From positions 121,212,001-121,276,000 of the forward strand of contig NC_058368.1 in assembly GCF_018350175.1 (NCBI RefSeq): a stretch of 64,000 bases of DNA, read 5' to 3'. Made by a program: the position numbers and the translations under genes. The DNA comes from Felis catus. Lineage: Eukaryota. The number at the start of each line of letters is the position of its first letter. Position 1 is the first letter of the stretch. The notes below the pieces were generated by a model. The model did no database searches. It was not told the DNA's origin and was given only the letters and a program-made list of their open reading frames with translations. This document shows, piece by piece, positions 26,441-40,099 of this stretch.

Positions 26441-27444
26441 GCTCCCTCAGCTGTAGTCGAGAAGCCATATCATGAGGTTGTGAGAATCAAGGAAGACTGT
26501 GTATGTGATGAGTTTATAATGATGCTTGACACATTATAAGTGCTCAGTAAATGTTAGCTATTGTCATTATTTTCAGACCGATGGGAATGCTTTGACTAAA
26601 AATTCCCTTTTCTGTTAAGAACCATCTAGACAGGGGTTCTAGTTTACAAGAATTAAAATATACATTCTATGTATAGCACTGTACCAAACACTTGGAGGAA
26701 CCCAAGAAAGATGAGATAGGGTTCCAACACTGAGAACAATCTAAATTTTATAGGTGGGAATGAAGAGATATAAGACAGAAACTCATGACACAAACAGGAG
26801 TAATTATAAGTAGACCCTTCAAGGGAATAAGAACCGTTTAGCTTTTATACTTTAGGTTAAATCCTGCCAACAAGAGCAATGATAATGAAATAGAAGTCCA
26901 GATATAAGTTGAATACTGTTTAAGGTTCCAATTTAGGCAGCTGCTTCAAAACAAGAGTTTTATTGGAGACAAGGCTCCCGGTGTTTAAGTAAACTCTAAA
27001 TAGATATCAGTTGACTCTCCTAATTTGCCCTTTTAGCACTTCTGCCCAAGTTAGTTGGTGACCAGTGGCTGGACACTGAAAGCCGTCTGTTAGCTCTATC
27101 GGTGGAACAAGGTGCCTTAAGTTAAAGTCATTCCACAGAAGTGCCAAAAATAAAGTAATATTTATTTTACTACGTGCCAAGTGCCAGACCCCATAGGTAG
27201 GCACTATTCCTCTGCCTTGTGGGGGAAGAAGCTGAGGTTTATTGAGTTTAAGGGATGTTCCTGTGGCTTCAGAGATTAAAAGTGGCAGAAAGGGGATTTG
27301 AACACAGGTCTGTCTAATGCCGGGGTGCAGAATGACCACTCTGTAGGATTATCTGCTGACTACTTTGTAGCTTTCTCTCTCTCTCTCTCATAGTCAACAA
27401 TGAGGACACTTAGGAGCTGAATTTGTGGTGAATTATTTCCCTAG

Positions 27445-27607
27445 AAATGGACTTCTCAACTTTAATTTCAAGGGATCTGTGAATTCTTGACATCTTACAA
27501 AAAACCATAAGGATGTGTGCCTCTGTGATATTTCCTGAGGCAAGAGACCATACATAGCCTTCTTCAGATTGTCCTAAAGTCCATGACCCTACAAAATGTT
27601 AACATTT
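27445..27607. mobile_element. hAT-Charlie MITE (MER103C-like)
   Basis: AGGGATCTGTGAA...CATAGCCTTCTTCAGATT...AAAGTCCATGACC...AAAATGTTAA resembles the recalled consensus. Confidence 0.5.
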
Positions 27608-27989
27608 TTCCTCATCTATCAAAATTTAAGATATATGTACTAATTAATTTAATAATTTCACTTGTGAAACACTAGCAAAATGCTTAACAATATTTGTGCA
27701 CACATTCTCAAACATTGCATCATTGTTTCTAAAAGAAAACACTGGAAACAACCCCAAATCCCATAGGTAGGGACTTAACAATGATACATTATAGATATTA
27801 TAGCCATTTTGAAAAACAAGGTAGCTCTACACATACTAATAAAACATGTCCATAAACTACCACTAAATGAGAAAAACGAGTTGCAGAACATATCTACATG
27901 TGTTATATATGTATATTTGTTTAAAATTATGTTTCATATGTGTTTGTGCATGTATGCAGGTTTGTACATGCATAGCACTTAATCTAGAA

Positions 27990-28295
27990 CATCATTTTCC
28001 AATATAAATACTATGTGAGCTACACATCTAATTTAAAAATTTTAGTAGCCACGTTAAATAAGACAAAGGTGATAGTAATCCTAAAAATATTTTTCATTTG
28101 GTCCAGTATATCAAAATATTATCATTTGACCATGTAATCAATATAAAAATTATTGAGATAATTTACATTCTTTCTTCCTAAGTTTTTTTAATCCAGTGTT
28201 CATTTTTCACTTACAGCACATTATAATTTAACTATCTCCATTTTAAGCCCTTTATACTCACATGTGGCTAGTGACTTCCATATTAGATAGAGAAA
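27990..28295 (+). mobile_element. MER33 (hAT-Charlie) inserted in an old L1 fragment
   Basis: TAGTAGCCAC...AAAATATTATCATTT...CATGTAATCAATATAAAAATTATT...CACTTACAGCACAT...CACATGTGGCTAGTG. Preceded by TCTAGA, a Charlie-type target. Confidence 0.8.
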
Positions 28296-28571
28296 ACCTT
28301 GAAGCTTATTTGCCAGACTGTAGATGGAAGTTATCTTGATCAGGAAGTAGGATTCAAGAGAGATCAAAAAGGGAGCTGTATTTTATTTATACATTTTATA
28401 GTGCCTATATTTCTTTATAGGGAAGAAAATTTTCTTTTTTACATATATTCTATATAACTGTCAGGAGGAACATATAGGTACATGAATTTGCTTCTCAGGT
28501 CTAATCAGATAACCCACCCAGGCTAATAATATGAAGGATTCATTAGCAAGGGTATGTAAATATGTGTACAT

Positions 28572-28604
28572 CTATACCTATATCTATACCTATACCTATA
28601 CCTA
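28572..28604. repeat. (TATACC)n hexamer repeat
   Basis: Read directly from the sequence. Confidence 0.8.
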
Positions 28605-29277
28605 TGCGTACACATATACATATATACATCTCCAAGAAAATAAGTCAAGCTATCAAGTGTTTATTAAAAATTTACAGTGTGAAAAGAATCACACTGAGAG
28701 CTAGACCCCATGGAGGTTATGAAGAAGCAGAAGGCAGAATTCCTGCCTTTGAATTTAGAATTTTGATGGAAGAAAGGCCTATTTATGGAAAAATTAGAAA
28801 ACTCAAGGCTGAATATCATCATCAAGTAGGTCTGACAGTGCAATGGGAATTCAAAGAAAGGGGTTTGGTGGGAGGTGGGAGGAAAGGAAGAAAGGGAGAA
28901 GGGAGAGGAGAAACAAAAGATCTTCACTATGTGCATCTTGGGGCAGGTTGAGTCCAGGTTCCCCTGTGTCACTGAGTGGTGATGGAGAAGGCACAGAGGG
29001 CAGATTCCAACACTTCCTGACTGTCTACCTGTGGATGGAGTAGCTACAGAAGAGAGAGCGCAAAGCAGGTTAGAGTAAAGGAGACCCAAGCCATTCGTTG
29101 ATAAAGTGGACCAAGTACTTCAGGCTGGGGGTGGTCGGTACATAGTCTAACATTGTTGTGTGGGTCCTAGGATTCTGAATGACCAAGGTCATGTGGTGGC
29201 ATTGCACATCATGAGCATATATGCTGTTATTCTCTCCCCATCCCTTTAATCTGAACATTTTCCACTTTACCAAGAAA

Positions 29278-29494
29278 TTTTTTTTAAGATTTATTCATTC
29301 TTGAGAGAGAGACAGAGTATGAGTGGGGGATGGGCAGAGAGAGAGACAGAGAGAGAGAGACATAGAATCTGAAGTAGGCTCCAGGCTCCGAGCTGTCAGC
29401 ACAGAGCCCGATGTGGGGCTCGAACCACAAACCGTGAGATCATGACCTGAGCCGAAGTCCGACGCCCAACCGACTGAGCCACCCAGGTGCCCCA
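29278..29494 (-). mobile_element. Felid CanSINE
   Basis: Full length. Perfect 17-bp TSD TCCACTTTACCAAGAAA at 29261-29277 and 29495-29511. Confidence 0.95.
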
Positions 29495-31095
29495 TCCACT
29501 TTACCAAGAAAGAAGAGACTCCAGTGCAAAAGAAATCTGCTCATATTGCCAAATAATAATAATAATGGCTAACTGTGACCTAGCCCTTACTCACCTTGGC
29601 CTTACATGCATTAACTCATTTAATCCTCACAGAAACCCTTGGCAGATGTACCATCATTATACCATTTTAAGTTTTAGGAAACTTAGACTCGGGAACACTA
29701 AGTGGCTTGGTTGCCCAAATTCCTACTGCCAGCAAGAGCTGGAGCTGGTATTTGATAAAATCTACACCCAAACCAGTCCTCCTCACCACTCTGCTATATC
29801 TGCTTTCCTTTCCTATTGGGTATTCACTGTCTCCCGTCTTACCCTAATAAAATGAAAAGATAGTATAAGAAAAATAAATATTCTTTCAGTTTTCTCTGCC
29901 CACTGGAAACTACTTGAGTTCAGAGCTTTGAGAACTTTTTTTTTAAAGAGGGAAGTGAACTTTATAGACTTGATGTATATCAGATGTTCTAATAATTAAT
30001 GAACACCCAGTTTTGAATGACAAGATTAGAAATACAATTTTATTTCCATACTATTCTCAGAGCATTTGGGAAAAAAGAGGGAGGGGCAACCTCTTTATGT
30101 AACTTTTATGAGTCATTTTTTGAGCCATAAGTAATATTAATGGGACCTGGTTCCAAGGACTTCTAAACCTCAACAGCCTCTAGCCTAGAGGTTTCCTTTG
30201 CATTGGGCTGGTTCTCCTTAGGCCGGGGCTCTGTTTTCTCTTGTAAGAACTGAGAAATCCAGCCCTAAACAATCTGTGAATATTACCTGCATGGCTGCGT
30301 CTGAACTTGACAGCTCTGCAAGAAGCCATATTTGTTCCATCTCCAAACTGAGCCCTTGGGCTTGGAAACTTTTCCTACCTGCCAAAAGCTGATGAGCAGG
30401 CTTTATTGGTTTGTAAGTAAATGAAGCAATAAGCAATAGTCTGCCTCTCTCCTTCACCATGGATCCAGGCATGAGAAGGTGACTGTGTAGTCACAGGAGA
30501 TGGGTGAGGGAAGAGGAGGAAGGACCATCACATACAGTTCTCCTCACATGTGTCATTTCGCCTTCACAGTGACTGTACGAGGTGGGGGATATTATTTCCA
30601 CTTGACTAGTGTAGACAGTGGAGCTTGGAAGACATAGGTTATTTTTCCAAAGTCTCCTACCTGGCAAATGTCCCCAGAACCTGTTTATTCCTCAATACTG
30701 TGCTGTTTTCTAGGACAAGGGAGGCCAAGCAGGAAGACAAAGCATCCAAGCCAAAGTCAGAATGAAAGAAACTCAGTCATTCTATCAGTCCACAAGGCCT
30801 GCGGTGGCCAGCTATGTGCTAGGTGTTATGGTGGGTCCAGGAAGAAAACTGCATGGTCCTAGCTGACTCCAGCGGTGGTAAACCAGACCGCCAACTCTGG
30901 AACGGCCAGACTAAGATCAGTCCCGAAGGTTAGGACTTAAGATGAAACGTCAGGCTTGAAATAGTCAAGAAGTAATAATAATAATGATAATGGGTAACAA
31001 TTTTGAGCATTTACCAAGCTCAGAGCATTGTATATAGACCAGCTCACTTAGTCCCACAAAAATTGTATGAGGGTGATGTCATTATCATCCTCATT

Positions 31096-31278
31096 TTATT
31101 TTTTGGTTCTTGAGAGAGAGAGCACAAGCCGCGAAGGGGCAGAGAGAGGGAAACAGAGGATCCAAAGTAGACTGCTCTAACAGCAGCGAGCCCAATGTCA
31201 GGCTCGAACTCAGGAACCAGGAGATCATGACCTCTGCTGAAGTCAGACACTCAACTTACTGAGCCACTCAGGTGCCCC
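31096..31278 (-). mobile_element. CanSINE inserted into a MIR
   Basis: 13-bp TSD TATCATCCTCATT at 31083-31095 and 31279-31291; the flanks continue an antisense MIR. Confidence 0.92.
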
Positions 31279-31499
31279 TATCATCCTCATTCTAAAGAGG
31301 GCCTGGGGCCAAGGTCACCCAACTAGAAGTGGAAAAGGTCCGTCTTCACAGAATACATTTCTTTGATTCAGAACCAAATAGATTTTGTTCAAATCCTTAC
31401 TGTACCACTCATTATCTGATGACTCTGAGAATGTTATTTAACTTATCTTGCATCAATCCATCTAGAAAATAAAATAAAATAAACCTAATAATACAAAAA

Positions 31500-31643
31500 G
31501 TTGGTTAAACATCCAACTTTTTACTTCAGCTCAGGTCATGATCTCATGGTTCATGAGCTCAAGCCCTGCGTTGGGCTCTGCACTGAGAGCAGGGAGCCTG
31601 CTTGGGATTCTGTCTCCTCTTTCTGTCCTCCTCCCCCACTTGT

Positions 31644-31675
<32 letters not shown>

Positions 31676-31790
31676 ACTCTCAAAAATAAACTTCAAAAAG
31701 AGGAAGGGAGGGAGGAAGGAAAAGAAAGAAAGAAACAAAAGAAAAGAAAAAAGAAAAAGGAAAGGAAAGAAAAGAAAAAAGAAAGAAAAC
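31500..31790 (+). mobile_element. 5'-truncated CanSINE with a long (GAAA)-type purine tail
   Basis: GTTGGTTAAACATCCAAC...GCTCAGGTCATGATCTC...(CT)n, AATAAA, then about 95 nt of almost pure purine. Confidence 0.9.
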
Positions 31791-33329
31791 AATGATCATG
31801 TTAATTATATAAACTAGGTAGAAAGGACAAAGTGTATTTTTGCAAGCCATCAGAATAGCAGAGGTTCTATTTGTCTTCAGGACAAATTGGTTTGCTGCCT
31901 CCTAAAGAAGTGAGTGCAGAAGCAAAGTCATTAGAAAGATGCAGAACCCACCCCCACCCCACCCTACCACCATCATTACCACTACCCACCATGACACTTG
32001 GCCTGCTCCCTGTAGATTAGGTTCCAGAGTGCCATTCACATGGCAATCACTAGTGATGGCCCAGAGCCACAGGAGGGGCAATGGACTGGACACGAAGTCC
32101 TCTCCCAACCTGAGCACTGCCTCAAGGGCTGGGTGTCACAGGAAGCACAAGTATCTGCTGGGCCATGTCACCCCCACAGATAGGCATCTTCTCTGCAATT
32201 TCTCCTATATTCTTTGCACCTTTGCACCTTTGCAGGATATTATGGCATGTATTATCTTTACCACTAATGGTATACCATCATGGAAGCTACTGGGTCTATT
32301 TGATAGAGGGTTGTTGAGGCCAAAGTGAGTTTGGACTGGTAATGTATGTTAGTCTAGTCCTAGTTTGAGCTGTAAGGGGGTAGGACTTTGTCCTGTTTGC
32401 TGCCTTATTCACACCGCCAGGCACACAGTTAGGCATGCAGGATACAAGAGGAACCAAGTATGAACCCTGCCCTTAAGGGTCTCATGGTTTGCTGGAGTGA
32501 GACAGACATGTAAACATGCAATCAAAATGCATTGTAATGAGGGCTGTGATTTGAGAAGTACAAGGCCCAAGGAGAGTCACCTGATTTTGTGCTTAGGCGT
32601 CAAGAAAGGCCTTCCGGAGTGAATAACCTCTCAACTGGAACTTGAAAGAGTAGTAAGAGTGGAGGAACAGCATGTGCAAAAGTTTTGAAATGAGAGAACT
32701 CAGAACATCAGAGGAAGAAAGAAGAATAATGAAGCTAAAGAAGTTGACATTGGCCTTTAAGACATATTAAGGAGTGCCAACTCTATCTTGGGGGCAATGA
32801 GGAGACTGCTAAGGAATTCTGATCAAAAAAAGTGATATGACCATTTAGGAATTGGACATTTTTCAATATTATCTTCCACACCATCCAAGAAAGAAAGTGG
32901 ATCTGAAAGCATTTGAGATTCTCTCCAAAATAAGTCTTTCAAATCTCTTTCAAACTTTTCGTTATGTGTGTAGTAGTTGTTGAAGTGTCTGAAAATAGAT
33001 GCATCATTTTGAGAAAGATGAGAAATTGCTGAAATCTCTAGAGACCCATATAGGAGGAAAGAGATGCCACTTTTATTTTGCCGTAAAAATAACTCAGCTT
33101 CTCTAGGTCTTTCTGCAAGGATACTTGACTCATTTAACCCAACTCAGTTTGTTCTTTGTTTTTTGTTTGTTTTTGTTTGTTTGGTTTTGACTTTAAGACA
33201 AAATTGTGTTCTCCTAAATACTTCAGCAAAAGATATACAGATGTGGTTCTACCACATTTTCTACTTAAGGTGTATATGTAGCAATTATGAAAGTTTTGAA
33301 GTAGTGAAGACAGAAATAATCGCAAAAGA

Positions 33330-33872
33330 ATACGTATTTTTATGCTATGTAACAAATTCCTACACCTTAGAGGCATAAAAAATACACACTTACCTCACCA
33401 TTTCAGTGAGTCAGCTGATCCACAACCAGCTGGACCCTTTGCAATGAAGGGGCTGGCCAGGGCTGGGTTCTCATCTGGAGGCTTGACTGAGGAAGGATCT
33501 GCTTACAAGCTCACAGAGGTTGTTGTCTGAATTCATTTCCTTGGCTCTAAGAATAAGGGCCCAGGCTTCTTGCTGGCTGTTGGCCAAAGACTGCCTTTAG
33601 CTCCTACATAGTAACCACCCCTGGCTCCTTGCCATACGGACCCATTAACATGGCTACTTACTTCTGTAAAACCAGCAAAAGAGAGAATCTGTAGCAAGAT
33701 GGAAAGTTGTGCAAAGCAATCACAGTTGGCGCTTTTTATCACCTTTGCCATGTTCTCTTAGAAGTAAGTCACAGATCCCACCTGCACTCAAAGGAAGGAG
33801 ATTACACAAAGGCATGGACACCCATGTTCATGGTGCAAGACCACAGGGTCATTTTCAAGTGTGTCTGCCACA
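33330..33872 (-). mobile_element. MaLR LTR (MLT1E/F-like)
   Basis: ATGCTATGTAACAAAT...GGCCAGGGCTG...TCATCTGGAGGCTTGACTG...TCACCTTTGCCAT...ATTACACAAAGGCATG...TCTGCCACA. Confidence 0.75.
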
Positions 33873-36800
33873 GATGGATAAGGGAAGGAAGGAAAAGAAA
33901 AGAGCAAGGAGAAGAAAAGAAAATGGAAGGATAAGAAAAATGTATCTATGTATAATGTAATATTTATTAACTATGAATTATGTGCAAGGTACTATGCCAG
34001 TTATCTTTAGGCATTTTGTAATTTAATCTTCCTCTGAACCCTGTGTGGTAGGTGTTACTATTATCTCTGTTTTACAAAAAAGAAAACTAGAGTTCAGAGA
34101 AGTGAGTTTCTCAAGTTCACATAGTGTAAAAAGTAGAGCCAGAATTCATACTCATTTCTGTTAAGATTCCACAGCCTCAGCTTGTAACTACTATAAGAGA
34201 GCAGGGAGGGGAGATTTAAAGAAGACAAAAGAGAGAATGGAGAAATAAGAGAGAACATAGTTTCCAAACAAATGCAAATTTGTTCCTAAAAGAGTTGGCG
34301 ATCAGTAAGGAAACCTGTAGGTCTACAATACTGGCTTGGTTTCAGCAGGAAGCAGCCAATTAGAAAAACATTCTCTTGAGCTAAAGCCAGTGGGCCTATA
34401 GATGGAGTCTCATGCTTCTGCACCCTTTGCTGACCCACCTGAGTTTTTCAGAATCTAGAACTAAACACTACAGCCAAGCTGTACCCAGGACCTCAGAAAA
34501 GCCCGGCTTATCCAGGCAGCATCTACAATACCCGTATTCTGCCAAATGTCTGCAGGAGCACATCTGGGCCCAGGCGACTGAGTGGGGCCTGGGCTTGTTT
34601 TTCACGGCTCATTTGCAATGTCCCGTTCTATTCCTGGACACTCCGTCCTTCCCAACTGACACTGGAGTCAGTTTCCCAATAGCCACTTTAACTAGATGGC
34701 TCCAAAAGTGCTGCTCAGGGTCAAGCCCTTGGAAACTAGCATGTTCCCACACTTGCTCTAAGAAGAATGGCTGAACATGGCCTACCCCTGATGCACCTCT
34801 TAGTGTCTTAAAGGGGCGGCAGCTGCAGGCACCACGGGAACCCTCCTCATTCAATACAAGGTGACTCACTGTAGTGTAGTGCAAAGGAAGGGCTTAGAAA
34901 TTGGATCCCTCTTGCACCAATTCAGAGCAGGCAGTTTGGCTAATCCCAGCCCCCATCCTGGCTGTCTGGGTTATATGACTTGACAAAGCCCTCCAGCTGG
35001 TTTCCACCTGCCCAGAGCAAGATGAGTAAAACCACTGATCTCATGTTTTACGGTCAACCCTGCCGGAGTCCCATAAAGCCATAAACTTGCTTTAAATTCA
35101 AACCTTATGCAAAGCCCTAGACCCTTGGTGGAGAGTCAGAGGCAACAGAGGACATGCATTCTCCTACCTGGGACAGCACGTGGCCCTGCGATTTGCAAGT
35201 TGTGGGCTGTACACTGATCCCTGCTCTGTGCCTCACACCCCTTATCTGAAAGTGGGGATAATAAAAGACCAACCTTACAGACTGTTGTGAGGCTTACATG
35301 AGCTACTGCATTAGAAGACAGGACTAGTTGACCAATAAATGTAATTTGTAAGAGGCTGTCAGTAAGGAATGAATGGTGTTGATTTTTTTAAACGTTCAAC
35401 GTCTGCAACAAACAGCATACATAAATACATAATTATGCAGCTCTAGTAGGATAGTAAAAGGTCACACACACACCAGTAAAGACTCTTCCTTTGCACTTGG
35501 TGATTTTTAGTGTATATTTGTGGAACATGAATTGACCTGGAATATTAAGCAACTACAACAGATAAGCCACTCTTATAATGCCACATGGAAGGAGATCATT
35601 AATAAATGCAGGATGCTGCAGAGGAAGGAGGCCAGTCTTATCCTCAGACTCCACCACTTACTTATCAGCTATGTGACCCGCAGCAGCTTTCTTCTGTCTG
35701 AATCGCAAATTTCTTCGCCTGTAAAATAACAGTAATACCTGCCTCATAGGCTGCTTGTGAGGATTGAATGAGATATTCAATCTAGATATATATTGGCCTA
35801 GTTCCTGACCCACAGTAAACACTTACTTAATAAATGGTGGCTCTCGTTAGCTGTCTTACAGACTCATGGACTTAAGGAGGGAAAACAAAAAGGGATTTTC
35901 TGAAATGCACTTGCCTAAAGGCCAAAATCGCTAAGTGCTTAGAAATGACCTTGCATTCCCCAAATTGGGACAAAGAATGCCTCATTCGTGTGCCTGAATG
36001 GGAATGTAGAGAGTCATGTTCTAACTGGAAAAGTCAGTGAGAAATAGAAGATATTAGTCACTGATTGATAGAATATCTGAGCCGGATAGAATCTTAGACC
36101 AAATTAGCCAGAAGTGATGTAGCCACTGTCACCCAGTTAGCCAAAGCAAGCCTAGAACATGAAACAGAATCTCACATGCCCAAGCCATCTACTTTGCAGC
36201 CAGGCTCTCTAGCCAGTTCCCTCCATGGTTCTCCCATTTGAAACCATCCAGAACTGACCCACTATGTGATGCTGGGCAAGTTCTGTCATCTCAATTAGTG
36301 CTTTATAACCAAGCATGTTGGAACAGAAAGTCCCTCTAAGGCTTGCTCACCCACTCACCACTTGCGTGAGTCTGGCTCCTACCCCTCTTTGTCTGTACGC
36401 ACACTAGGCAAAGTAAGAACTTGTTAGAGTGAAATACATTCATGTGATAACACCTGCAAGTGACCTAGGCCAACCCACACCCTCATCTCATTTACACATG
36501 AGAGAAATGGGGTTTGGTAAAGGTCTGGGCTGGGCAATTAGAGGCAATGGGTGGGTGAGCTGGGGCCAGAACTCAAGGCTTCTGATTGCCGGCCTGGGGC
36601 TCTTTTTTTTTTTTTTTTTTTTTAGGTCAAACTGTCTCCCGCACACGCAGAAAAGACAATGTAGCTAATGGGTGCCCATCACCTGCACTTTGTTGTGACC
36701 TGTACGCTTACCATTTCTCCACAGCCTAAGAGGGAGGGAACTGACAACTACCGTCCACCAGCTATACACAGCTGATGCCTTGCTTGCATTCAATTCTCAC

Positions 36801-37417
36801 TACACGCCTACAATCATAAAAGCTGGTATTTACTGATTACTTACTATGTTCTGGGTGCTGTTCTAGGGACTTTACATGTATTTGCACAAGGTACCCGGCC
36901 AAGGATGTACACTGGAGGCTGAATGCAGCATACATGTACTAAGCCCTGAAACGGGACCACATCAGCCTTGTGGTAGGAGTGCCTCTTTGTGTGACTCATC
37001 TGCCCAACGAGATGTCCTTCCCAAAGATACACAGAGGCACGCAGGGAGGTATGGTGGAAGTCTTGACGGCATCCTCATGTGGCTGCTCCTGTTGCCATTC
37101 ACTTGCTGATCTGTCATAGCTAGACAGTGGTAGAGGCAGGATTTGAATCCAGGTACTCTGACTCTAATCCCATAAATGGCCTTTTGAGAGCAGCTTGAGA
37201 TAAGCTTTAATATTACATATACCTTGAGGACAGAAATTCCGAATGCCTTATTCACTGACGTCGTCCTAGTATCCAGAACAGGGTCAGTGCACACAGGCAC
37301 TAGTAAATTTTGTTAACTAACCAACCCCCTCAATGGCTTGCTTAAGGTCACACAGATAGTAGGAGTTAACTGCTGGGATTTGAATGCAAACCACTCTGAC
37401 TTGAAAGCTCTTGTTCT

Positions 37418-37620
37418 GGGGCGCCTGGGTGGCTCAGTCGGTTGATTGTCTGACTTCAGCTCAGGTCATGATCTGCAGTTTGTGGGTTCAAACCCTTCAT
37501 CGGGTTCCATACTGACAGCTTAGAGCCTGGAGCCTGCTTCAGATTCTGTGTCTCCCTCTCTCTTTGCCTCTTTCTCTATCAAAAATAAATAAACATTAAA
37601 ATTTAAAAAAAAAAAAAAAA
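37418..37620 (+). mobile_element. Felid CanSINE
   Basis: GGGGCGCCTGGGTGGCTCAGTCGG head and A-tail. TSD AAAGCTCTT(G/T)TTCT at 37404-37417 and 37618-37631. Confidence 0.94.
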
Positions 37621-38732
37621 GCTCTTTTTCTTTCCAAAATAACATTCTGTCAGTGTTAGCCATTTGTTGAATTTATTGATCTCTAATTATGTGCTCAGGA
37701 ATCTGGGGCTACAAAGATGAATAAGGTTTCGTTCCTACTCTCAAAAAGATGGGATAGCAATTGTCTGCAAGAATCCATATTCCTGGAATCATATTCCCTT
37801 ATTCACACACCACAAGTCCAAATGATAGAAGCCCATGGTACATTTTAAGCCAAGAGTGCCTGTCCTGTCTGCCAAACCCAGGATTATAAAAGTGGCCCAC
37901 CAAGGTCCGCTGGCCTCGTTTATTGTCTTGCATACACCATTTGCTGCGTGTATTCATAGAACACTGTTGTGGGGAGAATAAATTAAATCTGTGCAAACTT
38001 GGATAGTCAGATCCCCATGCTAGCTTCTCTAGATTCCTTTGAAGTGATGGCCACAGGCCAGTTTTTATAAGGACCTCCATGCCTTCCTACCTTCTCCCCT
38101 GTCTAAAGGTTTACAAAAAGAAACTTAAGTTAGAAAACTCAGCTGGGAAAGTTGCTCCTAAAAGCAGCAGCCAGGTTCTGATGAGAAACATTAACTCAGG
38201 GTTTAACTCATTTTCCTTCCTGGTTTTGTTTCTATAATATTTAGGAGACAGGAGGTAGTTTGAAGAGAAGCGTGTTTAAAACAAAAATCTCCAAATTCAT
38301 TCGCTGAATTCCGCAGTACTGTGTGAGCAATCTCTTAATAATCCTACATCAATAGGAGAGAAGTTGTAACTAGTTCACTTCATGTAATTATAGGGCAGTT
38401 TTCTGCCAGGCTTTAAAGATAGACTTTGAAATGTTGCTTTTTTCATTTGCCTCCTGCTGTGTGTGGGGAGTGGCTGAGGCTCCTGGGACACAGGCCAGAG
38501 CTAAATGGGGGCCAACTAGAGAGGGAGGCACCCAGCTTTGGTTCCTGCTTTCCTGCGCTCACACTACTGGGAACACAAATATCTTACCAAAATGGTCTCC
38601 TGTGGGAAGCTCAGGGCCTAGAACTACTACCTAAATCCTCTCATCTTGAGATCAGATAAGAATTGAGAAAGCCATGGTCCCAATAAGCTTACGGCAAGAT
38701 GTATAGCAGAAAGCTTCAGATTTCCTACTAGA

Positions 38733-38902
38733 CAGTAGTTCTGCAAGTATGGTCCCTGACCAGCAGCATGAGCACCGCCTGGGAGCTGGTTAGAAACGCA
38801 AGTTATTGAACCCGGCCCCACAAAAAACCTAATTCTGGGGGCAGGCCCCAGCAATCTGTGCAGCAACAAGGCTTGATGCACGCAAAAATTTGAGAACTGC
38901 TT
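38733..38902 (+). mobile_element. MER5A (hAT-Charlie MITE)
   Basis: CAGTAGTTCT...GGTCCCTGACCAGCAGCAT...CCTGGGAGCTGGTTAGAAACGCA...GGCCCCAGCAATCTGTG...TTTGAGAAC. Confidence 0.8.
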
Positions 38903-39098
38903 CTAGGGGCATGATGTTGAAGAGCATTATCCTACTTAGCTTTGTCCAGGTGAGAGTCCTAACTTTTAAAGAGAGATTTATTCAAACGATGCATATCTAA
39001 ACACTAAGACCTCTGGAGTTGAGCAGAGAGCGATTTAGATTCAGGCTCTTCCACTCAGGAGCCATGGAGCCCTGGACAAGTTATTGAACCTCTCTGAG

Positions 39099-39277
39099 CA
39101 GCAGTGTGCTAGCAGCTGGTTAACGAACAGCTCTCTGTGGGAAGTAGAGTGTTTGCCCATCTCCATGGTGTGAATACTCCCATCTTGGCTACCCACGTGA
39201 TGGTCAGTCAAGTGAAAAAATTCATGAAAATTGAACAGTGAGCTCTACCCATGTGAGCTGCTGTCAGCACACCACTG
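39099..39277 (-). mobile_element. MER63-like hAT-Blackjack MITE inserted into a MIR
   Basis: TIRs CAGCAGTGTGCT / AGCACACCACTG. 8-bp TSD TCTCTGAG (39091-39098) versus TCTCTAGG (39278-39285). The flanks rejoin as a MIR core. Confidence 0.8.
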
Positions 39278-39741
39278 TCTCTAGGACTCAGTTTCTTCAT
39301 CTGTCATAGGGATGAAATGTCATATTTACCTCATAGGGTTGTTGGAATGTGGAAATGGAAACATAATGACAGTGGGCTTTTCTTGAGCACTTGCCATGTG
39401 CTAAGCATTGAATATGCACTATCTCATAACCATGAGATAGCAGCTCTTATTCCTAACATTTTATTTATGGGGAAACAGCTGAAGTCACATGTCCAAAGGG
39501 ACAAAGCCACCAAGTGGGGGAGTCTCAGCTTGATTCCAGAGCCTATGGGTGAGAGACATGTGCACAGACTTCTTAGCACAGTGATTGGCACCAGGCATCA
39601 CTCAGTAAGTGGTAGCTATTTGATAAAAATGAACTTCCTAAATGCCCCTATTCTTTTGGAAGGAAGGATCAAGAGTTAATGCTAAATGTATTTTCTCAGT
39701 CACAGAAGCCACATTCATTTTCTTCCGAGAGGAAGCACCAG

Positions 39742-40099
39742 TGTCTTAGTTCATTTGGGCCACTCTAACAAATACCACACACAAAGTAGGTGGCTTATAA
39801 GTAGCAGAAATGTATTTCTCACAGTTAGGAACGCTGGCAAGTCCAAGATCAAGGCACCAGCAGGGTCAAGTTCTGCTGAGAGCCATCTTCTTGGTTCAAA
39901 AACAGTGTCTTCTCACATGATGGAAGAGCTAGGCATCTCTGTGTGGTCTCTTGTATAAAAGTACTAACCCCATTTTTAAAGGCTCCACCCTTATGACCTA
40001 AGCACCTCCCTAACGCCCCACCTCCTAAGAACATAATCTTTGGGGGTCAGGATTTGAATATAGGAATTTGGGGGGACACACAATATTCAGACCATGTCA
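39742..40099 (-). mobile_element. Solo MaLR LTR (MLT1A-like)
   Basis: TG...CA ends, 358 bp, 5-bp TSD ACCAG/GCCAG; contains AAGTCCAAGATCAAGGCACCAGCAG and GGGGGGACACA...ATTCAGACCAT. Confidence 0.88.

Noticed and set aside
36600..36632. Recursive-splicing AG|GT site after a long T tract
   Set aside because: The acceptor is strong but the regenerated donor GTCAAA is poor. Other AGGT candidates in the long intron lack either the pyrimidine tract or a good donor.
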